The notes beneath the pieces are model-generated. The model had not been told where the DNA came from. It searched no databases and saw only the letters and a program-made list of their open reading frames with translations. The position numbers were made by a program, and so were the translations under genes. Source: Octopus sinensis (lineage: Eukaryota). Taken from it: 64,000 nucleotides of DNA. The stretch spans positions 186,001 to 250,000 of the forward strand of contig NW_021836130.1 of the NCBI RefSeq assembly GCF_006345805.1, read 5' to 3'. Of the stretch, positions 38,098 to 50,443 are shown one piece after another. The stretch's first letter is position 1. Each line of letters starts with the position of its first letter.

Positions 38098-38695
38098 TTG
38101 TGTCTCATTCTAGTCAATTAAATAGGCATAAGAGATATCCTCTCCCATTAGTTGTGACTAATCGAGAGTAGGAAGGAGAGTCCGAAGTGAACTGAATAGA
38201 CAAAATTTGTCTCATTCACGTGAACTGAATAGGCATTTATTGAGAGCTATCCACTCTCCCATTAAAGATACATGAACGAATAACGAATTATAGAAAAGCA
38301 AGATAGTTGAATAAAATTGTGTCTCAATCAAGTCAGCTATATAAGCATTTATTGAGAGCTCTCCTCTCCCATTAGTAGTAAAATACTTAAATGAAATCGT
38401 GTCTCATTCAAGTCAACTAAATAGGCAACTTGTGTGCTATTCTAGTCAACTAAATGGGCATTTATTGAGAGCTATCCTCTTCCATTAGTAGTAAGATAGT
38501 TGAATGAAATTGTGTATCATTTTGGTCAACAAAATAGACAAATTTTGTCTCATTCAAGTGAACTGAATGGGCATTTAAAAACTATCCACTCTCCCATTAG
38601 TAGCAAGATACTTAAATGAAATTGTGTTTTATTTTAGTCAACTAAATACGCATTTGAGAGTTATCCATTGAAATTGTGTCTTATTCAAGTCAAAC
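38098..38695. repeat. Degenerate minisatellite (~30-80 bp modules), with a partial outlier at ~39170-39230
   Basis: About ten copies of TGTCTCATTC(A/T)AGT(C/G)AACT(A/G)AATAG, often followed by GCATTTATTGAGAGCTATCC(A)CTCTCCCATTA. Confidence 0.85.
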
Positions 38696-39025
38696 TATTT
38701 TATCAAAGCAAAAATCAAAAAAATTAGTTAGATTAATAATTATTCTCTTTTTTCATTCATAATGAAAAATTTATTTCAGATATTCAATCATTTTAAACAG
38801 CCGTTAAATATGATAATTAATTAACAATTAATGATAAATTCATGAAATGCCACTTTTATTAAAAAAATAAGCGCTTATCTGGTTAAAAAAACTGTATTAT
38901 TAATTTAATTTCATAAAATGCAGAAATCTAAAAAACAAATAAGACAAATCAGAGATCCTTCACATCAAACGTCTATTCTGGTTCTACTCGAATTTTTGGT
39001 AGGAAATGAAAATAGCATTGTATTA

Positions 39026-39045
39026 TGTCACAGTCCGAATAAAAT
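39026..39045 (+). mobile_element. Solo terminal repeat of the Ginger-like family at 51365-52010
   Basis: TGTCACAGTCCGAATAAAAT is identical to that element's TIR. Confidence 0.6.
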
Positions 39046-39245
39046 CGACACCGAATAATTACATTCTTTAATTTTACTAAAATTAAACTTGTTCTAACCC
39101 TCTTCTGATATAGTTTTTTGTTCTTTGTGTAATTTCATTATAAAATCCGCGACTCTATACTAAATCTTTGGGTATTTAAAAGCTATCCACTCTCCATTAA
39201 AGATACATGAACAAATTATAGAAAAGCATTTAAAACAGAATGAAC

Positions 39246-40275
39246 TTAGGTCATATATTGGTTAAAAATTGTCTTTATTTGGGCCAACTCGGCTTCCTGA
39301 GATTTGAAAATCAGAAAACCTTGGCATTGAGACAACTCACCAAATAGGCATTCTTCATCTCAATCTTGCGATAATTTTCCTCGACAGCAGCCACATCAGT
39401 GCTATGTTGATTACCCATTTCACAAATAGCCGAATTAGCCCTACAACCATAATACACCCATCCTAACTCCTCAAGCTTATTCTGCGCCTTCTCCAACAAC
39501 AAATTATATTTTTCTGTCAGTTTTTCTACTTCTTTGTTCAACAAGCCATTCGTCGACTCCAGTTCTGACCGAGCCTATCGAATAGACCCCTCTCCCAAAC
39601 TTGCTCAGACTCTACCAGGAGACCACGAGCCTTCTCAAATCGGTCGTGGAGGTTATGAAATGAGGCTTCCAGTGCCGTGTAGTCATTCTTCATAAATTCC
39701 ACGTTTTTCTTCAAATTGAGCTCAGATTCTCGCCATTTCGCAACCTCCGACTCATATTTGTCTATTTTTTGGCAAAAAAACTCCAAACCCATGATTTCAA
39801 GGGTCGTTGATTTATACAGTGCTAAAAGCTGGTCTGCCAGAGTCCTTTTAGGGACATTCACCTCAGGAGACTGCTCCGGGAAGTCAGAAATGGCGGGAAA
39901 TTCTATCGAATTGAGGTTTGTGCTGGAAGCTATAAAAGGATCGCCATTTTCTGGAGTAGGAATGTGGAGAGGGTCAAACTCCCGGAATATTGAGCTGGAG
40001 AGGGGCTTTGGGGACTACAGAAATGCTTAGTGCCCTCATACTTGTATCATATTTGTGTCTAAAAGATTATCTTATTAAATAAACCGTCGTTTTGTGTGTC
40101 TACAAGAATATGTCGAGTACTAAAATGTGATATTAATTAATTGCCTATCTTCCCGACTGAGGGGTGATTTGTAGTTGAATGATGTGATTTTGAGGTTAGT
40201 CTGGCTGTCTGAAGTTTTGTTTGACTGGTCAGACTCCAAACAGTTGTTTAGGCAATCTTCTGTTGAATTTTCCAT
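39246..40275 (-). CDS. TACC-domain-like coiled-coil protein
   Basis: Low-complexity S/P-rich N-terminus, then NDYTALEASFHNLHDRFEKAR..EKYNLLLEKAQNKLEE..ANSAI..ELAQIKTIF, resembling the C-terminal TACC domain. Micro-introns. Confidence 0.6.
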
Positions 40276-42089
40276 ACCACAACAAGAATAAGGGAATTTT
40301 ATTTTAAATATTTGATTAAAAATTATTCACAAAAATTTAATTTTAGTTATTTGCTTTGAAAAAAAATTGTTTTTTTATCTCTTTCTTTTATTAGTCAAAC
40401 ACTAAACTGAATTATTTCAAGAGTCTCCAAGATTGCCTACTCTGTTGGTCCATGAAGTAAAAATTGCTTTTCTGTGGTTTTTGACCTGATAGTTCTCATA
40501 AATAAAAACCCGGGCTTAAAAAAGAAACTTTCACAGTTTTAATGTCATATTGCTTCTAGTCGATTTTATTTATTTTTAAGATTTTTGTTGTTTTGAGTGA
40601 ACTCGTGTCTGGATGAAAATGTACCCGAATTTTAAAACTTCGTAATGATTAAAATTATACTAAGTGTTTTCGAATGACTTTTGATTATCAAATTGGTTGA
40701 GTAATATTAAAAACAAGATACACAAGTTAGTAGTTATTAACGGAATTAGATTTTATCAGTATTTTTGGTTTGTTTTTGGTCGCGTTATTAAGAGTAGTCC
40801 ATCCCTGATTGGCTTATTTTTTAACGAGTTACAGTTATTAGGACTTTCTCGATTCTGTACTATAAATTGGTATTTTTGAGACTGTGAACTCATTTAGGCA
40901 GAATATGTTTTTTCTAATTGCAGAAAGATTAGTTTATTTATTACTCAAAAATTCATCTTAATGACGCTGGTTAACCAATCAGCTGGTGCTCGTTGTCTGA
41001 GAGAAGGGTATTTATAAAGATTATCCTGATTAGTTCTGGTTTTGGGGGTGAGTCTCTCTCGAGTTTGTCAAAAAGTAAGTTGGTTTTTTATTATTTACAT
41101 CCTGGATACTTTTCTGTATTGCAGGATCTGCACTTTTTTTGGTTTTTGAGACTGAATTTCATTTGTTTATCATAATTGAAGATTCCACCTTTCTGTGGTG
41201 TTAAATTGACAACTGGCATTAACGCTACTTTTGGTAAGGCGCTAGCATCTTATCAACTATTTCTTCTAGATAATGTTTGAGCTTTTTTATTTTAATATAA
41301 GAACCAAAATTATGTGGGCGGTGATTTGAATTTTCACTTGATATCAAAAATAAAATGTTTGTCAGAAAACAAGTAATTTGTTCCGACAGTAAATAAACTT
41401 CAAAAAAGTTAATCAAATTTAAATTGACTAAATTTGACTCAGTTAAAATCAGGATGTAAACGTGTGTAAGAAAATGGCTATTAAAAGAATTAAATCGAAC
41501 AATTATGGATGGATGTGACCATTTGTGTTCTCGAGAATAAACGATTTAATAAAAAAAAGATTATAAAAACAAATATCGGATTAGCCTCTTTGGAGATTTA
41601 GTTAAACAATTTATTTTTATTTTATAGAAATTTCAAAAGAAAACCTCGATTCGATCGATCAGTAATGAAATTTTTACTTAATATAAATTGCAAAAATGAC
41701 ATAATAAGTAATATAAATTAAACTCGCCTTGTTTAAACATGCGCTAAAATATTTAGTGCATTTTAATCAGCAACCTAAAATTCACGTATTAGAAAAATTG
41801 TTTGAAATACATTAACAATACAAAACAACGACATGAATTACTAATACATTTAAATTAAACATTAAAACCCGGATTTTCAAAATAAATCAATTTTTAATTC
41901 TTTCATATTAAAAATCAAAGAAAGATCCAAAAACACAAATAAAAAAGACAATACATTTTTTATTTGTAATATAATTGTGAATCCTAAATTCGACAATTTT
42001 GCTTTTATTGTGAACAGTATTATTTAACATTCAATCGTCAATTTCATTTAAATAAACCCTAATCTAATATTTTCCAAATAAAAAAACCC

Positions 42090-43740
42090 AAGCATGGGCC
42101 TAAGCTTGAAGGACAAGTCCGAAATGCTAATTTAATTCTATCGACTGCCGGAGACACATTCTCGACCAGATCCATCGCACGAAGATGCACTCCACCCCCC
42201 AAACCTGTGCCGTCAGTGTACAGCATAAGCATGCCAATAATGAGTAGAATATGACATTGATGGGTTGTTGTTTCTGCATTATGGGTGAATACAACTCACT
42301 TGCCACATTAACAGACAAATCGAACTTCTTCATTAACGTGCAGGGACCAGTTCTTAAATTCGTTATGAATTTTTTTCATAAACAAGTTAAAGATCTTTTT
42401 CTGACACAAAGTCTGTGTCATATAATTTCAATTGGCATTAATTCTCCAGAAATAGTTCTGAGAGCTTTCAGTAGACTCCAGGTATATGATGAATAAAACT
42501 GGAGATAGGTAGTCCCCCTGTGGTGTTCCAACCCAACCCATAGAATAGAATTCAGTATTGGGGAATAGAAAAAGAATCAGCCTCTATTATCTCTATCAAA
42601 TCCGGAACCAAATCTCCTGAACAAAGCTGATTGCCTTTTCACTCAAGGAACCAGAAGTCTCACCTGCGAATAAATAAAAATTCAGAATGTCTTTGGGAAT
42701 CAATTTCGTTCACAACATAGAACAATATTCCAATAAATTTAATGTGATAACTAATTTTATGACTTAAACAATTGTCAAAAATCAATAATATTTTCCTGTC
42801 TAACTTTATGTCTATATCTAGCAACAGTAAATTGAATTCATTTGAATTCATACACAAAGTTTGGTTATATGAATATACAAAATAATAAATGATTAAAGTT
42901 TTGGAATTTTCTGGGTTTTTTGAATTTTTAAATAAGGTTGAAAAAAGTGGTAAAAATATAAAAAATGGTAAAATAGAAAAACATAAGAAAAAAACAGAAT
43001 TTCAAATTTTTGGTAAAAAAAGAGTGGCAAATCATAAAGGTGATAAATTAGAAAGATTTGACTGTAAAACAGAATTTCGAATTGTAAGAGTGGTAAAAAG
43101 TGACTCTTCAATTTGTCTAAATTTATAAAAACATCAAAAGTATTTGCTGACCCCTGACCTAGGCGATCTTGTGACAACTGTTTTACTTGGAAAATATCAG
43201 ATTCGGACACAATCAAATTATTAGATTAATATTTAGGCCTTCCCCTGAATTCAGTAAACTCTTTTATTATGAAGTAGATATTACACGGTGTTTTTTCATC
43301 CATTTTTAGAATGTGTTAAAGGGCCCTTCCCCGCTTTTCCCCACATCAATGCTTATGGGCCGCGAACTGCACATCTTGTAAAGACTTTCATTTGATACTC
43401 TTCCTGGGAAAAATGTTACCGATTCTTCTTAACTGGATTCTTTTCACAGAATCCAGCGACATGAATAACTTTTTGGTATATCTTCAGGTACCGGAGTTTA
43501 ATTAGACACAATTTTAATATCAGGAGAATCTTTCTGCTCGATGGAAAAAGAATAGCTGAAGGGTTTATTTTTTTTGACTAAGCATTTTCTTTTTATTGAC
43601 TTAAAGCTTATTTCCGCATGTCTGCTCTCACAGGCGACGCCCGCGAATCAAGATGGTTTTTCAAGCGGATATCCCTCGCGATAGTACGCTCTAATTATTT
43701 CTCGATCGCGTCGGCTTCCCGTCCATGAAGTTTAGTTTCG
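42090..43740 (-). mobile_element. Cluster of RTE-like RT remnants and a pogo DDE fragment
   Basis: GTPQGDYLSPVLFIIYLE (~42480-42540); RKILLIFDNCLSH (~42760-42800); IQLRRI..RVSNESLY (~43380-43440). Confidence 0.55.
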
Positions 43741-43903
43741 GATTACTTTTATTATGTAACTCAACTTGTGAAAAAAAGCTTATTTTAAGTACTGAGAATG
43801 ATATACAGTGCTGGTGGAAAAAAACCGGTTTTGCAGTTACTAAGTTTTTTTAGCTTATAGCTATTAATTTTCCAAATGAAATAAAGAGTTTGAAGTTGAT
43901 TAT

Positions 43904-46900
43904 TATTTTTTTTTTTTTTTTAAACAAAAACAAAAATTAAACGAAAATTAAAAATTAATTGATATTCTCTCTTCTCTTAGGGGAACTACTCCGTTGACCG
44001 GTCATGTCTTGACACCTCTCCTCTTCGTATTGCAGTAAGAAAGCAGACTCCTCTGGCAAGTCAACTGACACTCCCAGTTCTTCTCCTCTAGCGATAAGAC
44101 TATCCGTTTCCTTCTCAATTTGGTAGTTGTCGACCTTCATGCCATGTTTGTATTCAACGACCATGCTCTCCAGGGTTTTCTTGATTGTCACTGATTGAAT
44201 GTACGCCTTAGTCGGGACCTCTATATTCAACTTTTTCATGTAGGACTTATAGAACTTGGTCACTACCCCATCCCATGTCAATACGACAGGGACTATCGTG
44301 ACTTTTGCCTTGTGAATCTGTGCCAATTCTCCAGCAAGTAGATCATACTTGTGGAGTTTCTCTACTTCGACTTGCTTTAACCTGTCCTGGGATGTGACCC
44401 CGACTTCGATTATCGTTATCTCATTTTTCATTTTATCAAGCACGAAAATGTCTGGCTTGTTGTTTTTAACTTCAATGTCGGTCTGCAACGTCATGTCTAC
44501 TCGTATTTCAACACGACTATTTTCCACGACCGACTGGACTGAGTGTGCTTTCAATTTCTTGCATTTCTTTATTCCGTACTGACGACAGACGTGTAGATGT
44601 ATGCATCTGACAATTTCATTGTGTCTTCGCATGTATGACCCGTGAAGCATTCTGCTACATCGAGTAGCTAGGTGATCCACGGTTTTTCTTGCCGAGCCGC
44701 AATGGTTACAATTAGGCTTTGCCTCTCCGAAAAACAAATTGCGATCCTGGGCCAAGCAATATAGTGCCTCGGCCTTTGGGCCATTGTTCCCATTGGCTAG
44801 CCATACATTGGACTCCACGATATCAGCACTCGGTTCCTGAATGCATTTAAACAGCGTTGAATGTATCATCTTAGATTTAATGGTGTCCATTAGTCTTTTC
44901 TTCTGGCACTCCTTAATAAGGTTTACATCCAATTTTGATTGGTCTTCCAGATTGTACTTGAGAGCGAGAAATCTTGCAATCGTGGTCATATGTGTTTTCT
45001 TTTCTCTCAAGACCCGCAAGATTCCTGCTCTTCTGAGGCACAACGAGGCTTTTCTTTCAAGGTCGGAGAGAAATTGGAGCAGGATGCATTCGCTCTTATT
45101 GGAAATTGAGATTAAGCCTCTTCCAAAACCATTTCTGCCGAGATATAATCTTTCTTTATTAGCGGGCTTCAGATGGATTCGTAAAGTAGTTAGAATGCGA
45201 CGAATTACCAATCAATGGCATCAAACTCACTCGGTTCAATGTCGATCAATCCGATATAGTAGTTGTAGAGAGAGAGTGCATATTCGTTTATCGCTTTAAA
45301 GAGGTTTACTGCACTTAACTTTGTTTTTGCAAGACTCTCGATTCTCTCTTTCACGTTTCGAGCAATTGTTTTCATTACCTCGATTTTCTTGACATCACTT
45401 CCTCTATCCTCCAAGACTCCCAGGTATCGATACCCAGCACACCCATCCAGACATTTTGTATCTTTCACATAGTCCAGGTTAGTCGCAGACTTTTCCGAGT
45501 TCCTCTTGAGGCCAACGGCATCAAAATATTCATCGACATCTTCCATCATTTTTAGAACGGTGTCTTCTTTCTCAGCAATTATTTTCAGGTCGTCAATAAA
45601 CAACAAATGGTTTGTTGAATATGAAACCGTGAACGGGTCATTTTGACCTATACGCACCTTCGGGAACTTCATATTCAAGCTCCTACTTAACGGATCCATT
45701 ACCAGAGTGAAGAGTTGTGGAGAGAGTGAGTCTCCTTGTAAGATTCCTCTTTCCAATTTTACAGTTCCAATTCTCTTATTGTTAAGTGTCAAAATGACAT
45801 TCCAATTTTTGATTAAAGTTTTCACAAAATTTGTGATCCAATTCGGAATTCCAGACTGATCAAGCACTTGACATAAGAATTCATGATTGACAGAATCAAA
45901 TGCCTTTCTGACATCGATCCACGTTGCAAATAAGTTATTTCCATACTCACTATTGACACACTGGTTTATTAGTGCTTGTTCCTTTGCGCCTTGGCATTGC
46001 CTTCTAGCTCCCAGCTGATTATCCGAGATAAGGTTAAACGCTTCGATATAGTCTGTAAGCTTTGTATTCACACATTTAGTGACAAGTTTGTACAATATAG
46101 GCATGCAGGTAATCGGCCTTAAGTCATTTGGGGAATGGCACTTTTCATTTTTTGGAATGAGGTATGTTACTCCTGTGTAAAACCACTCAGCAGGGGAATA
46201 GCCTCCGTTCACAATTTTAAGGATCTCATCGCACAAATGGCCATGAAGAGCTTCGAACTTTTTGATAAAAAATCCATAAACTCCGTCACAACCCGCGGCT
46301 TTCCAATTGGGTACACACTGGATAACATTCTTGATAAAATCAGTTTTCACGTCACTTGGAAGCTGTTCAGCTCCAGTAATATGCTTACCAACAATAGCTT
46401 TAGGAGCACGGTTCTCCTCTTTCTTCCATACGCCCTTCCAGAAAGATAGACACTTATCTTCTGGGACTTGACAATCAGAATCTTTGTTTTCACAGTTCAG
46501 TCTTCGATAGAATCTTCTCCTGTTTAGTTCAAAACAGAAATTATCTTGTCTAAACGACTTTCTGGAGCGATAGGTTGAGATTTTTTTCTCCATAATTTTG
46601 ACTCTATCTTCAATAAGACTAGATACGCGTGCCAGCTCTCCCTTTCTGGATTTTTTGTATCCAAACGAGCATAAAATGTTCAGTGTCTTCTCTTTTTCGT
46701 CTTTAGATTGCTGGCCATTAAACTTATTAACGAAAGTTAGATTTTCTCTAAGTTTGGAAATCTTTCTTTCCGTATCCTCAAGCCATGTGCTTTTTGTTAG
46801 GGGTTGCCTCGTAATGTTTTCATATGAGCATTGCCCGGCATAAATTATATCCGTGATTTCATTTATGCTTGCAGGCGGAGAAGATAATATATAGTTCGAA

Positions 46901-47496
46901 ATCACTGCATTAATTGCGACAAGAACATCAGTCTTTAGCAATTTATACGGAATCTTCTTTGTGGGCATTCTCGCATTTCGTGGGATTGATTTAAGTTCCT
47001 GAATTTGGAGATTAAACTCTTCCTTGCATTTACCATAAATGGAGATTTCTGTCTTTGGCAATAAGTAATCTGAGGTATCCACATTATTTCGACTGCCACA
47101 GCCATTAGAGCAGGGCTTTACATTCAGTAAGTTTTTCACATCAGAGACACTCTTTTGAGTGAGAAAGCGGACGTTGAAACATTCGGCAATAAGTCTCCAT
47201 CCTCCGCGAGGAATTCTGCCAAATCGTCTCTTCGCTGACTCCACAACACCAGAAATCCATTTGACTTTGTCGTTAGAGTGTTCCTCACCGATCACCGATT
47301 TAAGAGGGATTAGATGGGGTGAGACATGTTCGGTAGGAGAGTTTCCACAAATTTCATGGGGATCATGTAGCCCCGAAGACTTGCTTCTTACCAATAGTTG
47401 TTGGTTATCTCTAATATCTTTTGTAAGAGAGCCCTCAGGATTTGCTTGCAGACTGGTGAAAACAGACATACACGACACCACAAGAAATTATTTCAC
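43904..47496 (-). mobile_element. Apparently full-length single-ORF RLE-type (R4/Dong-like) non-LTR retrotransposon
   Basis: Poly(A) tail = T-run 43906-43921. 14-bp target-site duplication TTGAAGTTGATTAT at 43890-43903 and 47497-47510. Confidence 0.92.
43955..47469 (-). CDS. Retrotransposon ORF: Myb-like N-terminus, reverse transcriptase, CCHC finger, PD-(D/E)xK endonuclease
   Basis: NWKAAGCDG, LRPITC, IDVRKAFDSV, GILQGDSLSP, LFIDDL, YRYLG; CNHC..H..C; RHNEIV; KPDI..IEV..KLHKY. The two ORFs are joined by a single missing T at ~45210. Confidence 0.9.
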
Positions 47497-47625
47497 TTGA
47501 AGTTGATTATATGTATAATTTTTTTTTACTTTAAAAAATTCAATAATCGGCAAAAATTTAAAAAATGTGAATTTTATCATGTGAATAAAAACCGGTTTTA
47601 ACAAAAAGAGTTAACAAATCAACAG

Positions 47626-48623
47626 TTAGTATGTTGTGTGGTATCATCGATTAATAATAGCTCGTATGACCTTTTAGGCATACTATCAATTAATTTCCAA
47701 ATATTTCAGATGGCAATTCGTTCCAAATTTTCATTAATTTGACTTCGAGATCAAGTTTGTTTTTTGCAGGATCTAATGAATATTTTTGCTTCATCATGCT
47801 TCAAACATGTTCCATTGGGTTCATGTCTGGAGATTGTGGAGCCCAATCAAGAATTGGAATTTTATTTTCTTCAAAAACTTGGTTGTCAACGCAGATTGAT
47901 GACAGGGAGCCAAGTCTTGTTGGAAAGTGAACTGATTTAGTGCCATTTTTCGCGCCGAAACAAACAAATTATTCGTTATTACATTTATATGTTTAGCGGA
48001 ATTCAGTGTTCCATTAACAAAAACTAAATTGCCCACTCCTTGATAGAAGATACAGCCCCAAACCATAACACTACCTCCACCAAATTTTACTGTCGGTGTT
48101 ATATGGCTCAATTCATAACATGAAATTTTTTTTCGATAACAGTATTGCCTTTTTTTAGTATGAAAAATCTGAAAAGGTGCTTCATCAGAGAAAATAATAG
48201 TTTTCCATGCGTCATTGTCAAATAAAAATTTTTGACAATTCACATCTTTTTATTATGTTTTTATTTGAAAGCAACGGTTTACGTTGACATACTCTTCCAA
48301 AGAGAAAATTTGAATTTAAATAAGTTCCAATTGTCTTTCTACAGACACTCTTACCAGTTAAATGTTTTATTTCATTTCTCAACGTGTTAAAAATTTTTAC
48401 GGATCGCACTCAATAAGATGTAATAGGATTTTAATGTCTGTTTTCTGAAGCTTTTTATGACGTCCGGAATCAGAAATCCTATCAGCAGTTCCATATTTTT
48501 TGAATTTTCGAAAAAATCTCTGATTGTCGATTTTAATGTATTTAGATGTTTTGCGATATCTTTTATCGTCCAATTTAACTCAAAAAGAGCAAGGATCTTT
48601 CCTTTAATTATTGCATTTAACAT
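47626..48623 (-). pseudogene. Tc1 transposase, frameshifted
   Basis: HTH WTIKDIAKHL..KSTIRD; RKPLLS; IIFSDE; KFGGGSVMVWGCI; FQQDLAPCH; WAPQSPDMNPMEHV; LIDSMPKR. Confidence 0.85.
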
Positions 48624-49983
48624 TTGCTTATAAAACTTAAAATTCAACAAATAAAATATCATTCAATAAATCAAACCGGTTTTTTATTCACACGCAAAAA
48701 TTTAAATCTTCAAAATTTTAAACGATTAATGAAATTTTTTATAAACAAAAAAATTATAAATCTAATAAACTCCAAAGAGTTCAATTCAGTTGGAAAATTG
48801 AATGCTATCTGCCAAAAAAACTTAGTAACTGCAAAACCGGTTTTTTTCCACCAGCACTGTATAATACAAGCTGTAAATCACTATTTTTGTGTTGTAAGAT
48901 TGAAGAAAAAATAGAAAAACCAAAATCTAATACTTTTTTATTACCAAAAACAGCTAAACTGCTTTATAGGGTTCAATGATATACAGTCTGTTAAAAAAAC
49001 GTTTGGAATGTTGGGACATCCTCAGTCGCCTGTTGTACTCGAAAGTCTCGGTTTGCTTCATTCCACATTGATTTACTTCAATTTTGGAGTGGTGGTTTGT
49101 TCAATTCATAGAATGGTATTGTGTTGTCTGATTGAGTAAATTCCTGCTGTGATGAGAGTGGCTGGATTGGACTGTTCGAATAAGATTAGGATCAAAAGAA
49201 GACGCATTTTGACAAAAGCATGTAAATTGATGGGGTTGTCTCGTGCCTGTTACGATGTTGTTTTTTCAAACAGAACTCAGTGCAGGGTCAGTCACATCCC
49301 ACGATTCCGTACCGGGTGTTAAATAAAATTAAGTTCAAGCCCGGCTGTCCAGACTATGGAAAATACGTCTATGAAGAGCTGGATTAGCCGGCTTCAGATG
49401 GAGATCAGGAGAGAAATCCGTGAAATCGAAAGTTCACGGTAAGAGCGGGCCTGCAGACGAGTTGAGAGGCGCTTCCCAGACTTCTGGAAACAATTGAAGA
49501 TTCTGTCGGGAGAGAGGTCAACTTTGACTGCATTGTCGTTGCTCACGACGAAATTGACATCTGGAAAAAAGGGGCAGGCGGACTTCAAAATGGCTGTACT
49601 CATCTTCGTTAGATTATCCAGTTAGGTGGTTCAGCCTTTCAAAGAGGAGTCGTCACTAAAAGATATTGTCATTGACGACAAAAGCTGTGTTTCCGTTCTT
49701 GTTCTTGCCTTTAATTGGTGTGTACTGTTTTGTTATTTTGGTGAGTGTGTTGCTGTTGTGGATCAGAGTATCGCCGACGGAATGGCGTATGACTTCATAG
49801 AGAAGTGGAAAGAGTCAATGACTCTATAAGAGGGCGATTCCGATTTCGGAATTTTTGGAGAGCAAGAAGATAAATTCTGTAATATAGATAAACGATGATA
49901 GATAAGTAATTATTTGTGACATATTGTTGATTTGTTTGTTGTTTAATCATTATAAAATTTGGAAATGTTTCTGTCGTTAAAAA

Positions 49984-50443
49984 TATTCAAAGGCTCGAAT
50001 AGAATCAGTATCGAGTGTGTATTTACTGCTGGGAGTATAAATGTGTTATAAAGGATGCAGGCGAATATATTGATGGAATATGAGTTGGATGAGGCAGAAG
50101 CATTTTTAGACAAAAATTATAAGGAAGCACTCAGACAGATTTGCAAGTTAGATGATCGACTCAACTATATTCAGGACCAGAAGACTATTCTGGAAGTCAA
50201 TATGAGCAGGATCTTTATTTGGCAAACAAATCGTGATAAAAATGTCTAATTTGTTTGATTATTATGCTCTTATTTGTTTTTTTTTTTTTTGAGAGGACTT
50301 GGTGATTTTTGGACAGGGAATATATACAGGGAAAGATGAAACCTTATTTTTGTGTTCTTTTTTTGTATCATTGTAGACAATATACCAAAAAATTAGGACA
50401 ATTTTTTTATTTTTGACATATGAATTTTTAGCACGTGCCATTG
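49984..50443 (+). pseudogene. VBP1: Partial DNA-level duplicate of the VBP1 3' half and downstream sequence
   Basis: Near-identical to 31965-32427, including the 26-nt intron. Lacks the 5' exons. Confidence 0.9.

Larger units (their letters stand above)
43806..48859 (-). mobile_element. Tc1-family DNA transposon of IR/DR type, with a nested retrotransposon
   Basis: Termini CAGTGCTGGTGGAAAAAAACCGGTTTTGCAGTTACTAAG and its reverse complement, flanked by TA/TA (43804-43805, 48860-48861). ~190-bp imperfect IRs with an inner AAAAACCGGTTT direct repeat (~47587-47599, ~48673-48685). Confidence 0.93.

Noticed and set aside
38098-38695. CRISPR-like repeat array
   Set aside because: The intervening sequences are themselves repeated, the repeats are degenerate and irregular, there are no cas genes, and the context is eukaryotic.
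49010-49860. GC-richer segment that may be a decayed transposon or gene
   Set aside because: No diagnostic motif recognisable in any frame.
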